DNA of 64,000 bases from Octopus sinensis (GCF_006345805.1 NW_021833473.1:1-64000), one strand, 5' to 3'; positions 25,428 to 39,481 are shown, numbered from the stretch's first letter. Notes: generated from the letters alone by a model not told the origin. Program-made: numbers and translations.

Positions 25428-25832
25428 TCTATTTCTTTACTGCCCACGAGGGGCTAAACACAGAGGGGACAAACAAGGACAGACAAACGGATTAAGTCGA
25501 TTATATCGACCCCAGTGCGTAACTGGTACTTATTTAATCGACCCCGAAAGGATGAAAGGCAAAGTCGACCTCGGCGGAATTTGAACTCAGAACGTAACGG
25601 CAGGCGAAATACCTATTTCTTTACTACCCACAAGGGGCTAAACACAGAGGGGACAAACAAGGACAGACGATTAACAAGGATTACGTCGATTCCGGTACTT
25701 ATTTAATCGACCCCGAAAGAATGAAAGGCAAAGTCGACCTCGGCGGAATTTGAACTCAGAAACGTAACGGCAGACGAAATACTGCAAAGCATTTCGCCCG
25801 GTGCGCTAACGTTTCTGCCAGCTCGCCGCCTT
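25428..25832 (-). mobile_element. family A SINE dimer, 18-bp TSD (1 mismatch)
   Basis: aataatccaataaattta at 25410-25427; aatagtccaataaattta at 25835-25852. Confidence 0.88.
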
Positions 25833-25984
25833 GAAATAGTCCAATAAATTTACTATTAATTACATGAAATATCCACGGGTCTCACTGTTTCTGATTATTC
25901 TAGTAACGTAATGCCTATTCTTTCAGAGCGTTTTGAATTAACCATGGATTATCTCGAAGCTTCGAGATTTCTTCGATAAATGTT

Positions 25985-26460
25985 ATCTTTTAGCTTTCAC
26001 TTGTTTCAGTCATTAGACTGCGGCCAAAGTGGGGCAACACTTTGAAGGGGCTTAGTCGGACAAATCGATTCCACTACTTATTTTGTTGTTTCAAGCTTGG
26101 TACTTATTCTGTCGGTCTTTTTATACCGAACCGCTAAGTCACGGGGACGTAAACATACCCACACGGGTTGTCAAGTGGTTTGGGGTACAAAGGCGAACAC
26201 CAGTACACACACACACACACACACACACACCACACACACACACATACACACACACGCACACGCACATACACACACACACACAGACACATACATGTATGAC
26301 GGGATTCTTTTAGTTTTCATCTACCAAATCCTCTCACGAGGATTTGGTCGGCCCGAGGCTACAGTAGAAGACATTTGCCCAAGGTACCATGCAGTGGGAC
26401 TGAACCCAGAACCATGTGGCTGGGAAGCAAACTTCCTACCACACATCCACGCATCCGCGA
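25985..26460 (-). mobile_element. family B SINE with internal (CA)n
   Basis: ttcacttgtttcagtcattagactgcggcc..ccgaaccgctaagtcacggggacgtaaac..gcccaaggtaccatgcagtgggactgaacccagaaccatgtgg. Confidence 0.8.
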
Positions 26461-26676
26461 TCGCAACGTTTTCCCGAACGACATTGTAGGGTGGGTGTGA
26501 AAAGCCGAATCCGGCCAATTTGGGCAGAAAACAGGTAGAATATTCGGGCCGCATATACTTGATTTAAACGCCAAAGAGCTTAGACGATAACTTCGATGTA
26601 TCTTCTGATATTCCTTCATAAACCAATTTCCGATGATGGTTCCTTCAGCAATCCGAAGGGTTATGAATTAATACAT

Positions 26677-27098
26677 AGGCGCAGGAGTGGCTGTGTGGTA
26701 AGTAGCTTGCTAACCAACCACATGGTTCCGGGTTCAGTCTCACTGCGTCGCACCTTGGGCAAGTGTCTTCTGCTATTGCCCCGGGCCGACCAATGCCTTG
26801 TGAGTGGATTTGGTAGACGGAAACTGAAAGAAGCCTGTCGTATATATGTATATATATGTATATATATATATGTGTGTGTGTTTGTGTGCCTGTGTTTGTC
26901 CCCCCCCCCAACATCGCTTGACAACCGATGCTGGTGTGTTTACGTCCCCGTCACTTAGCGGTTCGGCAAAAGGAACCGATAGAATAAGTACTGGGCTTAC
27001 TTACAAAGAATAAGTCCCGGGGTCGATTTGCTCGACTAAAGGCGGTGCTCCAGCATGGCCACAGTGGAATGACTGAAACAAGTAAAAGAGTAAAGAGA
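26677..27098 (+). mobile_element. family B tRNA/CORE-like SINE with internal (TA)n(TG)n
   Basis: ggcgcaggagtggctgtgtggtaag head, ggttcagtc B-box-like, caccttgggcaagtgtcttc (resembles CORE-domain start), tail gactgaaacaagtaaaagagtaaag. Confidence 0.88.
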
Positions 27099-27167
27099 AC
27101 TGTTCTCCATTCCCGTCTGTAGACCCCCACTCTCTCTCCTTCTCTCTCTTTCTCTCTCTCCCTTTCT

Positions 27168-27198
<31 letters not shown>

Positions 27199-27464
27199 TC
27201 TCTCAAGACCTTATAGCAGAATTTAATTCGGTTCTGTTCTGAAATCAAAAAGTCGGTCGGAAAGGCTTGTTTCGTTGTTTCCAAATAATTCATTGAAAAA
27301 AGAAAAAAGAAAAGGGGGGGGAGGGGGGTGATAATGATAGGTGAAATGTAGCGTGAATATGATTACAATCAATATATAACTACAATAAACGAACATAAAC
27401 AGAAATTATATCTCCTCTCTCAGTGTGTGGGGGGCGTGGGGCGTTTATGCGCGGCTGTATCGGA

Positions 27465-28080
<616 letters not shown>

Positions 28081-28177
28081 AAATCGATAGTTTGGGAACC
28101 TAGTGATTAAATCAGTAAGGTAGGAAAATGTATAGATTCAACGTTTAGGTTTAAGGACGTTTCGCGCGCGCGCACAC

Positions 28178-28218
<41 letters not shown>

Positions 28219-28419
28219 ACATACACACACACACACATACACACATACACACACACACTCACATACATACACACGTGTATTCAAACGTGCAAACACATGG
28301 ACACACACAACATACACACATATACGCATACATACTCACGCACACACACACACACCTACAGAATGTTTGCGAATAAGCTTTGGAAACATAAGCAGAGGAT
28401 TCCAGGAAATAGTTCAAAA

Positions 28420-29730
28420 CATACACACATACATAGAGATACATACATACATACATACATACATACATAACCATACATATTATACATACATACATACATA
28501 CATACATACTGCATGCATACATACATACATACATACATACATACTTACATACATACATAATACATACATTACTTACATACATACATACATATACATACAT
28601 ACATACATACATACATACATACATACATACATACATTACATACATTACATAATACATACTTACATACATACATAACATACATACATACATACAAACATTA
28701 CCATAATACTTACATACATACATACATACATACATACCAATACATACATACATACAAACATACATACATACATACATTACATACATACACATACATACAT
28801 GCATACATACATACATACATGCATGCATACATACATACTTACATACATGCATACATATATATACATACATACATACATAACCACATACTACATACATACA
28901 GGCATACATAACATACATATACATACATACATACATACAAACATACATACACACATACATACATACATACATACATACATACATACATACACACATGCAT
29001 ACATACATACATACATGCATGCATACATACATACATACATACATGCATGCATACATACATACATACATACATACATACATACATACATACATACATACAT
29101 ACATACATACATACAACATTCATACATACATAAATACATACATACATGCATGCATACATACATACATACATACATACATGACATTCATACATACATACAT
29201 GCATACATACATACATACATACATACATACATACATACCATCATACATACATGCATGCATACATACATACATACATACCTACACATCATGCATACATACA
29301 TACATACATACATACATACATACATGCATACATTACATGCAAAATACATACATACATTACATACATGCATTTACATAACATATTACATACATACATACAT
29401 GCATACGTACATACATACATCCATACAAATACATACATACATACATACATACATACATACATACATACATACATACATACACACACACATACATACATAC
29501 ATACATACATACATACATGCATACGTACATACATACATCCATACATACATACATACATACATATATACTTACATACATACATGCATACATACATACATAC
29601 TTACATACATACATACATACATGCATGCATGCATACATACATACACACATACACACATACATACATACATACATACATACATACATACATACATGCATAC
29701 ATACATACATACATGCATACATACATGCAT
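28420..29730. repeat. long (CATA)n array
   Basis: About 1.3 kb of acat units with catg variants. Confidence 0.95.
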
Positions 29731-29918
29731 ATGAACAAACGTACAACTGGACCTCATTACCTAATTTTCTACAGACATTGGAATGAAATTTGGTGGGTCC
29801 AAACGTTCATTTTTGACAATAAAACGCGATGAAATTGTGCCATCCTCTGCAAATCTAAAAATGAACGGCATGACAATACAATCTCTTCAGTCAGGTGACT
29901 ATTATACATATCTTGGAA

Positions 29919-30702
29919 AGGCGGCGACCTGGCAGAAACATTAGCACGCCGGGCGAAATGCTTAGCGGTATTTCGTCTGCCGTTACGTTCTGAGTTCAAA
30001 TTCCGCCGAGGTCGACTTTGCCGTTCATCCTTTCGGGGTCGATAAATTAAGTACCAGTTTCGCACAGGGGTTGATGTAATCGACTTAATCCGTTTGTCTA
30101 TCCTGTTTGTTCCCTCTGTGTTTAGCTCCTTGCGGGTAGTAAAGAAATAGGTATTTCGTCTGCCGTTAAGTTCTGAGTTCAAGATCCGCCGAGGTCGACT
30201 TTGCCGTTCATCCTTTCGGGATCGATAAATTAAGTACCAGTTTCGCACAGGGGTCGATGTAATCGACTTAATCCCTTTGTCTGTCCTTGTTTGTCCCCTC
30301 TATGTTTAGCCTCTTGTGGGCAATAAAGAAATAAGAAACGTTAGCATGCCGGGTAAAATGCTTAGCGGTATTTCGTCTGCCCTTACGTTCTGAGTTCAAA
30401 TTCCGCCGAGGTCGATTTGCCTTTCATCTTTTCGGGGTCGATTAAATAAGTACCAATTACGCACTGGGGTCGATATAATCGACTTAATCCGTTTGTCTGT
30501 CCTTGTTTGTCCTCTCTGTGTTTAGCCCCTTGTGGGTAGTAAATAGATAGGTATTTCGTCTCTCTTTACGTTCTGAGTTCAAATTCCGCCGAGGTCGACT
30601 TTTCGGGGTCGATAAATTAAGTACCAGCTGCGTACTTGGGTCGATATAATCGAATGGCCTCCTCCCCCAAAATTTCGGGCCTTGTGCCTAGATTAGAAAG
30701 TA
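29919..30702 (+). mobile_element. family A SINE multimer (4 bodies, mixed junctions and tails), 18-bp TSD (1 mismatch)
   Basis: attatacatatcttggaa at 29901-29918 and attatagatatcttggaa at 30703-30720; an older head follows at 30721. Confidence 0.85.
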
Positions 30703-30794
30703 ATTATAGATATCTTGGAAGGGCGGCAAGCTGGCAGAAACGTTAGCTTGTCGGACTAAATGCTTAGCGGTATTTCGTATGTCATTATGTTCTG

Positions 30795-30990
30795 AGTGCA
30801 AGATGTTCAGTGTTGTAGGAAACTTCACCATCCGTGGAGACATAGACAAGCTATACTTCCCATGCAAGGATAACGGTCCTGGTCTCGAATCCGTATTGAT
30901 GTCATATGAAGCAAGTATTGTGAAACTGAAACATTTCCAACAGACGAAGAGACCAGTAACTATTTGGGCCGAGTTTGTGACCATGAGAGG
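30795..30990 (+). pseudogene. RLE-LINE RT-thumb fragment
   Basis: GNFTIRGDIDKLYFPCKDNGPGLESVLMSYEASIVKLKH resembles the DxDRLYLPRKxGGRGL motif of R4-like elements. Confidence 0.6.
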
Positions 30991-31609
30991 GGGAGGGAGG
31001 GAAGAGGAGAGGGAAAGGGGGAGAGAGAGAAGTAGAGAAAGAGAGAGAGACAGCATTGCTGACTAAATGTCTGCAAAGCCAAGGCAGAATTTCAGGTTCA
31101 AATGCTTTGTCTAACCCTTCATTGATCTTCTCCACCTTACTGTTATGTTTAAGAGACAAGCCAAAGTAAGATAGTTGTTTGTCAATAAAGATTAACGGTT
31201 TAAATATGAGGAAGCGTCACGTTCTTTAACTGGTGCTGAAGTGTGATAAAAAGAGCTGAAATCATTTCCTTGACAAGCCTTTTTCATATCAGTATAACCT
31301 TTTTGTGATAGGGTTCAACAAAGCAAAGGATTAACTCCTTCTCAGTGATATTACAGCGCGCCAAACAGGATTTTCTAAATCTCTGATACATCTTTTTTTT
31401 TTTTTTATAAGTTTGAAATTCAATGTCAAGCTGGCAAGTCATGACAGACCGACGAAGGTGTATGATAACCCTTATACAAAAGAATAAGCTAAAAATATAA
31501 ACACAAAATCTAGCAAGACGAACATACAAACATACATACATGCATGCATACATACATACATACATACATACATACATGCATGTATACATACATACATACA
31601 TACATACAT

Positions 31610-31673
<64 letters not shown>

Positions 31674-31789
31674 TAATCAGCCGAAACTGCGAGGATGATC
31701 CGGTTCTTGACTGAAGATTAAAGGCTTCGAATGACCCGTCTGTGTTTTTTGTATCCTCTATCTGGATGTTTTGCGTTCTTGTCCCATTT

Positions 31790-31827
<38 letters not shown>

Positions 31828-32099
31828 ACAGGCTTCTTTCAGTCTCCACCTACCAAGTCCACTCACAAAGTTCTGGTCGGCTCGTGGCTATAGTAAAAGA
31901 CACTCGACCAAGGCGTCAGGCAGTGAGATTGAACCCTGGCCTATGAAGTTTGAAATCAAGCTTCTTACCACACAGCCTTCCACTAAATAATCATCTATTT
32001 TTAGAAGACTTCAGTTATGTTAATCCGGCCTCTTTCTTTTGATTAGAAGAGTTCTGTATTCGAAAGATTATCAGCGAAGAGAAAATCTTAGTATTTCTT

Positions 32100-32605
32100 G
32101 ACCAGAATTTCTCTAATGCAATCATGGTTGACATCGATAACAACAATACTACCAATTTTGGCTTCCCATTTTGGCACAAGGCCAGCAATTTGGGGATAGA
32201 GTTTAAGTCGACTACATCGACCCCAGAGTTTAACCGGTACTGATTTTATCGACCCCGACAAGATAAAAGGCAAATTCGACCTCAATAGAATTTGAACTCA
32301 GAACGTTAAGATAGACAAAACACTGCTATGCATTTTACCCAGTGTTCTAACGATTCTGCCAGCTCACCGCCTTACAATACCACCAATTGGTTTCAAATTT
32401 TGGCACAAGGCCAGGAATTTCGGGAGCGTGGGTAAGTCAATTACATCAATCTCAGTGTTCAACTGGTCCTTATTTTATCGATCCCGAAAAGATGAAAGGT
32501 AAAGTCGATTTCGGAAGAATTTGAACTTAGGACGTAAAACCGGACGAAATGCCGGTAAGTATTTTGTCCGGCGTGGCAATGATTTTGCCAGCTCGCCACC
32601 TTACG
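32100..32605 (-). mobile_element. two adjacent old family A-related SINEs (ggcacaaggcc tail)
   Basis: ttttggcacaaggccag.. at ~32170 and ~32398; heads ctgccagctcaccgcc (~32370) and ttgccagctcgccacc (~32600). Confidence 0.75.
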
Positions 32606-32749
32606 ATACCACCAATATTGACATCAACACCTCTAGCACATGTGTGAGCTATCTGTGGAACCGCATGTACATCTCTAATCTTACTTGGTCTTTGGAATTA
32701 AACCAATATGTTTTGCAATGGTATGAAAAAGCCTGAGAGAGTTTCACTA

Positions 32750-33115
32750 TCTGCTACAGGAAGTAGTTAAAAGAACTCTGGGACGGATATCACTCACAAC
32801 AGAAACCACTTCATAGCCAAGCAACTGCGGCAACAGATGTCTTTGTTTACCCAGAAAACGTGTGTTACAGATAGCACTAGATGTTTTGGTTCTTGTAATA
32901 CAGTTCATATTCTTAACAATATTGCAAAACCTACCACTGAGACCTGCAAGAACGAAGATAAACTGGTACTGTCAGCATTATCATCACACGACTCTATCTC
33001 CGTGGATAGATCCGACAGAGACGGTTGTAGAATTATACGCAGCTGGAAAACATTTTGCAACCACAGTTGGAAAATAATTTCACCAGCTTCTGGAAGCTAT
33101 CCTGAAGCATTAGAC
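32750..33115 (+). pseudogene. possible old R4-like RT-thumb remnant ending at (TTA)n
   Basis: Mixed frames give NRCLCLPRKR and RIIRSWKTFCNH; abuts (TTA)n at 33118-33176. Confidence 0.3.
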
Positions 33116-33174
<59 letters not shown>

Positions 33175-34483
33175 TTGACGAGAATAGGAAGAAAACCATC
33201 CTCTCTCATGATAAAAGTTATTGACGATATCACTGGAAAATGTATTAAAAATGTGATAACACACATCGGAATATTAACACCTGCCTGTATACTGCTTCTG
33301 TTATACCGAAGTTACACCTGAGAGATATTTGCAAAGCACACAGCTATGAAATAACAGATCACAAGCAAATCAGGTGTATTACGATTTCAGAAAAGAAAAA
33401 AAACAACCCAAAAAAACAAAGCGAATTACGCCGTAGGATAGGGCCGTTAAATACCATTGCAAAGTATAAAGCTAGCAATAAGTACACATCTCACCAACAG
33501 TATCTCTGGAGAAAACCAACGAAAATGTACAGAGATCACGAGGGAAAATGTATAATGCTGAAGCATGAACTTTTAGTGTGGGTATTAGGGTTGTTAAATA
33601 GTTATTGATGAATGCATTTAATGGGTTTCGTGTTGCATTCATAATGAAAACACAAATATTTATACAAGTTTTCATATTTTTTTTATTAACCCAGAACATA
33701 TGCATTTACACAGCACAGCATTCAAGAGATATCTAATGTAATAAGCACAGGTTTTTCACTGTATAATATGTTAACTAATCATACGATGATAGTTCGTAAT
33801 TAATGCTTTCAGATTTTGGCACAAGGCCAGGAATTTCAGAGAAGGAGGAATTTCAACCGTGTTTCGTGGTTTGCTACCACAACAGCTCCTTTATAGGATC
33901 CAGTTAGCTCAAGACATCATCAGGAGGAATCACGTCCGGTTTCGGCCCCTACTCCTCTACCGTTTTGTCGTGGCGCGACCCACCCTTTCGGAGGCGTCTT
34001 CAGTTCTGGTGTTGGGTGCATGTCTTCTTTCTTCTTCTTTCTTCTGTTCCCTGGCCTCTTCGATGTATCGTCAGCGAGTGTCAGCCGGTGACTGACTGAC
34101 TTGTCAAATTTTTCCCTTTAAAGTCGATTACATCGATCCCAGCGCTCAAATAAGAAAACAGCACAGCTCCCATGACTTTCGGAAACATTTTTTCACGCTC
34201 AGAGTTGCTGAAGCATGGAATAAACTGCCTGCGTCAGTTGTTGACTGCCATGACACTGCATCCTTTAAGGCCCTCATGCTTTCCGAAATCCGCCGAAACT
34301 ACACCTGATTATATATACACTTTAGATGAGTTGTAGTGCACCTGAGCACTGTACACAATTATTATTATTATTATTATTATTAAATGGTATTTATTTTATC
34401 GACCGTCGACGGAATTTGCCCACCGTGTTATTGATTCTGCCCGATCACCGCTTTATAGTTCATTATTAAAATAAAGAATTAAA

Positions 34484-34695
34484 TGTTCCCTTCTCGAGCC
34501 ATGCTAGGTTTCAGTGGCATATATATCCTCTATCTAGACGGGACGCCGGTCGTTCGCAGGACAACTCATTTTTGCCAGCTGAGTGAACGGGGGCAACGTG
34601 AAATGAAGTGTTTTTCTCAAGAACACATCGTGTCGCCCGGTGCAGGAATCGAAACTGCAATCTTACGATTATGAGTCACTAGGTCACGCGCCTCC
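34484..34695 (-). mobile_element. SINE with family D-like head and family C type-2 tail
   Basis: ccagctgagtgaac..gcaacgtgaaatgaagtg..ctcaagaacac (D body) joined to ttctcgagccatg..gacgggacgccggtc (tail as at 23675). Confidence 0.65.
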
Positions 34696-35455
34696 ACTTA
34701 TAGTCCATGGTTACTGAGAACAAATTATGTTGAAAGAATTAGAACGCCTTATCAAAAAGCGACTGACATAGCTTCGAGTAGCGTCTGAGGTCGTTCTGTG
34801 CAAAAACAAGCAGAGAAAACCAGAACACTTATCACCATAATGCAACATGGCTAAATACAATAAATATAAGAATATTGCATCAACATTTGAGTATGGTACA
34901 ATCTTAATCAAATTTTAAACTTTACCCATAGCTGTGGGAAAGCTTTCTAATGAAGGGCAGCATGTTCAGATCTAATTGTTTGAGACTGGTATGTTGACAT
35001 TCAACAAAGTCAGCGAATTTTATATTCAAAATATCAAAGGAAAAGCCAGACTGACAATTTGCTATCGTAAATTTGTCTGCTACATCACGAATGAATCTTG
35101 CGGCTAAGGATGAAAACACTGACTTGTCATAAAACTATAGGCCTATTGCTTGCTTAAATATTGGTTTTTAAATTTTGGTACGAGGCCAGCAAATTCGGGA
35201 GAAATTCGATTACATCGACCCCAATGCTTAACTGGTACTTATTTTATCAAGCCCTAAAGGATGAAAGGCAGAGTCTGTCTCGACGGGATTTGAACTCAGA
35301 ATGCAAAGTCGAAAGAAATTCCCCAAAGCATTTTTCCCTGCGCGGTAACGATTCTGCCACCTCGCCACCTTATTGTTAATTTAAATAGTGGTTTCAAATT
35401 CTGGCACAAGGCCGGCAATTTTGGGGAAAGGGATAAGTCGGTTACATCGACCCCT

Positions 35456-35688
35456 AGGGCAGCGAGCTGGCAGAATCGTTAGCACGCCAGACGAAATGCT
35501 TAGCAGTATTTCGTCTGCCGCTACGTTCTGAGTTCAAATTCCGCCGAGGTCGACTTTGCCTTTCATCCTTTCGGGGTCGATTAAATAAGTACCAGTTACG
35601 CACTGGGGTCGATGTAATCGAATTAATACGTTAGTCTGTCCTTGTTTGTCCCCTCTATGTTTAGCCCCTTGTGGGTAATAAAGAAATA
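35456..35688 (+). mobile_element. family A SINE monomer nested in an older A-related copy, 16-bp TSD
   Basis: ggttacatcgacccct at 35440-35455 and 35689-35704. Confidence 0.9.
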
Positions 35689-36834
35689 GGTTACATCGAC
35701 CCCTGTGTTCAACTGGTGCTTGTTTCATCGACCCCGAAAGAATGAAAGGCAAAGTCTCAACCTTGGCGAAATTTGAACTCAGAACGTAAAGACAGACGAA
35801 AATGCCGCAAAACATTTTGTCCGGCGTGATTGCGATCCTCCCACCTCACCGCCTTGTTGCTAACTTAAATATTAAATTTTATACCCGCAGTCTTAACCAA
35901 TTCCTTCAAGAGTTCAACAATGTGGTGAGTGCGAATCAAAAGTAGTGACTGATAAACGGGCAGATAAAAAGAATAGGGTATAGGGGAACAAACTTTGACA
36001 AATAAAGCTGTATTTGAAGCAAGAAAACATCGCAGAAACCTTGTGACAAAATGGCTTAAGTGCAGAAAAAGCAGTCTATTATGTTCTTCAATCATAGTCA
36101 TTGAAGTTTCTTCGTTGAACAAAAGAAGCAGATGCCTTAGTTACTGCTATTGAAAGGCTCATAAAAACGTGGTCAACACACTTGCAACTATAAAAAAACA
36201 AGAGACGATGAGCGATAGCTAGAAGAATATTGAGCTTTATTTGATAACCAGCTGATCTTGCAAGCGGGGGCTTCATATCAGTGAGCGGGGCCGGTGTGCA
36301 TTGATGCCGTCGAGAGGTAGGCCCCGAAACGGCGCGCATTCTCTCCTATAGACACCATACACTTACTGGCTTCCGGTATGCGGAGTTTTTGACTGGTAGT
36401 ACTTGCATGTGCAAGTTGTTTGCAAGATATGATATAATAAATATTTTAAACGACGTATTTCAAAGAAACGCTGTACTTTTCTTTACTTTGGCATTAAAAC
36501 CACTGCCTTTTCTTATATAAAACCTAGGGCTTACGTGTTAGATCTACAACTGTAAGAGATACAAATCTAATCCATAATATCTTCGTGGATGGGAAGGTCT
36601 AAAGATCTACACTGGAAATATTTACGATTCCGAGAATCTGCTGGATTTAGTAACATTTTCACCTGATATAGCAATAAAATTTGACCCAAAGTAATATTCA
36701 TGTTTGAGTTAGAGTGCACAAAATCTGTTTTCTAAGCCTTTGTGTGATATATATAATACATACATACATACATACGTACGTACATACGTACGTACGTACG
36801 TACATATATATATATATATATATATATCTTTTTT

Positions 36835-37047
36835 ACTCTTTTTACTTGTTTCAGTCATTTGACTGCGGCCATGCTGGAGCACCGCCTTTAAACGAGCAAC
36901 TCGACCCCGGGACTTATTCTTTTGTAAGCCCAGTACTTATTCTATCGGTCTCTTTTGCCGAACCGCTAAGTAACGGGGACATAAACACACCACCATCGGT
37001 TGTCAAGCAATGCTAGGGGGACAAACACAGACACACAAACACACACA

Positions 37048-37107
<60 letters not shown>

Positions 37108-37275
37108 ATATACATATATACGACGGGCTTCTTTCAGTTTTCATCTACCAAATCCTCACACAAGGCTTTGGTCGGCCCGAGGCTATAGTAGAAGACACTT
37201 GCCCAAGGTGCCACGCAGTGGGACTGAACCCGGAACTATGTGGTTTGTAAACAAGCTACTTACCACACAGCCACT
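36835..37275 (-). mobile_element. family B SINE with expanded internal (TA)n
   Basis: Reverse complement of the 46148-46557 family; TA run at ~37052-37120. Confidence 0.88.
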
Positions 37276-37524
37276 CATAATAATATTTCATTCCCCAATT
37301 TGAAGCGACAATTTTTAGATACAAGTAAATGACTGAAAAATTTGTGTGTATTTAAAAACTGCCGCTTCAAATCGGAGAATAAAATATTATTTGAGATATT
37401 ATAATGAAATGTTATTATGCAGTTGTTATTATACTATGAGTCTTCCATAGTAGCTTTCTCTCTGGAACTTACAAAGCCATTCGCGTTTGTTTACAAATAT
37501 ATGTAGTATAAATACACACACACA

Positions 37525-37565
<41 letters not shown>

Positions 37566-37990
37566 ACAGACACACACACAGACACACACAGACACACACA
37601 GACACACACACACACAAACACACACACACTCACACACCCCCACTCACATAATTGCAGCGTGGAATTTTGTCAGTAAACAGGTCACGGTCTCAAGGAGACG
37701 AAAATATTTTGGCAAATTAAGTTTAAATGTTGAAGTGAATCTAATGTTTTTATTTTGTGCGTTTTCAAATGGCTTATAAACACCTTCCATGCTGCAATTG
37801 TTTTCGTTCCAGCACACGATTTCAGATCAGGTCATTTGCTATGCAAGTACATCTCCGTAATATATATATATATATATATATATGCGTGTGTGTATGTGTG
37901 TGTGTGTGTGTGTATGTATATATATATATACACATATATATGTATATGTATGTATATATATATATATATACATATATATGTATATGTATG

Positions 37991-38036
<46 letters not shown>

Positions 38037-38528
38037 TATATATTATATATATATATATTATATATATATATAAATTTAGCAATTAAGGACAACTACTTAA
38101 TAAGGAAAACTTAACAAGAAATTGTCAGGTAGATAGCGTAAAAACCTCATAAGAGAAAAAATTTCGAAAATAATTATTTCTTATTGAACATATTAATTTA
38201 TATATAGAGGGCATTATACATACATGCCAGAAGGCATTATACATACATGCCAAACGCTAAGAGGGATAATTAGTCATTTCTACCAAAAATATTACTAATC
38301 CCACCGAATGCAATTTTCCAAAGTAAGACATTTAAAAAAATTGCTAAATTGCTTAATTGCTAAATTTTTATTCCGAAAAAACTTTTCCTCTCCCGAAATG
38401 CAATTCGTAAAAGTTTGCCATTTATCCGGATGTAATATATGTAAACTCACCCATGTGCTTCGTTGATGTTGAGCAGTTAGCTGATCGGCTTAAGCGGGGC
38501 AGGGTCGTTGTTTATTTATAATACATTC

Positions 38529-38576
38529 AGGCCTGCTGATGAGTACGTAAGTATGAAATCACTGTGATACAGGTCT
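38529..38576 (+). ncRNA. type I hammerhead ribozyme, copy 1
   Basis: Stem I aggcctg/caggtct (7 bp, 1 G.U); CTGATGA 38536-42; stem II gtac-gtaa-gtat; GAAA 38555-58; stem III atcac-t-gtgat; triplet ATA, predicted cut after 38569. Confidence 0.8.
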
Positions 38577-39010
38577 ATATTTTTTTTAAATGTCTTACTT
38601 TGGAAAATTGCATTCGGTGGGATTAGTAATATTTTTGGTAGAAATGACTAATTGTCCCTCTTAGCGTTTGGCATGTATGTATAATGCCTTCTGGCATGTA
38701 TGTATAATGCCCTCTATGTATAAATTAATATGTTCAATAAGAAATAATTATTTTCGAAATTTTTTCTCTTATGAGGTTTTTACGCTATCTACCTGACAAT
38801 TTCTTGTTAAGTTTTCCTTATTAAGTAGTTGTCCTTAATTGCTAAATTTTTATTCCGAAAAAACTTTTCCTCTCCCGAAATGCAATTCGTAAAAGTTTGC
38901 CATTTATCCGGATGTAATATATGTAAACTCACCCATGTGCTTCGTTGATGTTGAGCAGTTAGCTGATCGGCTTAAGCGGGGCAGGGTCGTTGTTTATTTA
39001 TAATACATTC

Positions 39011-39058
39011 AGGCCTGCTGATGAGTACGTAAGTATGAAATCACTGTGATACAGGTCT
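39011..39058 (+). ncRNA. type I hammerhead ribozyme, copy 2
   Basis: Identical to copy 1, offset +482; predicted cut after 39051. Confidence 0.8.
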
Positions 39059-39197
39059 ATATATTTTTTTAAATGTCTTACTTTGGAAAATTGCATTCGG
39101 TGGGATTAGTAATATTTTTGGTAGAAATGACTAATTGTCCCTCTTAGCGTTTGGCATGTATGTATAATGCCTTCTGGCATGTATGTATAATGCCCTC

Positions 39198-39207
<10 letters not shown>

Positions 39208-39230
<23 letters not shown>

Positions 39231-39412
39231 TTACATACATATATATATATATACATAGATACATACATATATATATTTACATACATATATATATATATAT
39301 ACATAGATACATACATATATATATATATATACATAGATACATACATATATATATTTACATACATATATATATATATACATAGATACATACATATATATAT
39401 TACATACATATA

Positions 39413-39446
<34 letters not shown>

Positions 39447-39447
39447 C

Positions 39448-39481
<34 letters not shown>

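Larger units (their letters stand above)
38072..39207 (+). mobile_element. Penelope-like / retrozyme-like element: 482-bp direct tandem unit (about 1.8 copies) preceded by a 269-bp inverted arm, embedded in (TA)n
   Basis: 38352 and 38834 start near-identical units; 38072-38340 is the reverse complement of 38581-38849 with about 2 mismatches; hammerhead cores at 38536 and 39018. Confidence 0.8.

Noticed and set aside
31670-31740. cagccgaaac and ctgaaga close together
   Set aside because: Stems do not pair and there is no NUH in register; at most a truncated remnant.
37666-37716. Hammerhead-like fold tttgtca..gtctc-aag-gagac-GAAA-atat-tt-tggcaaa
   Set aside because: Stems can be drawn but the CUGANGA core is absent (gtaaacaggtcacg instead).
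38357-38467. Short frame ending FVKVCHLSGCNICKLTHVLR resembling the PLE Cys linker
   Set aside because: About 37 codons with no RT before it or GIY-YIG after it; likely chance.
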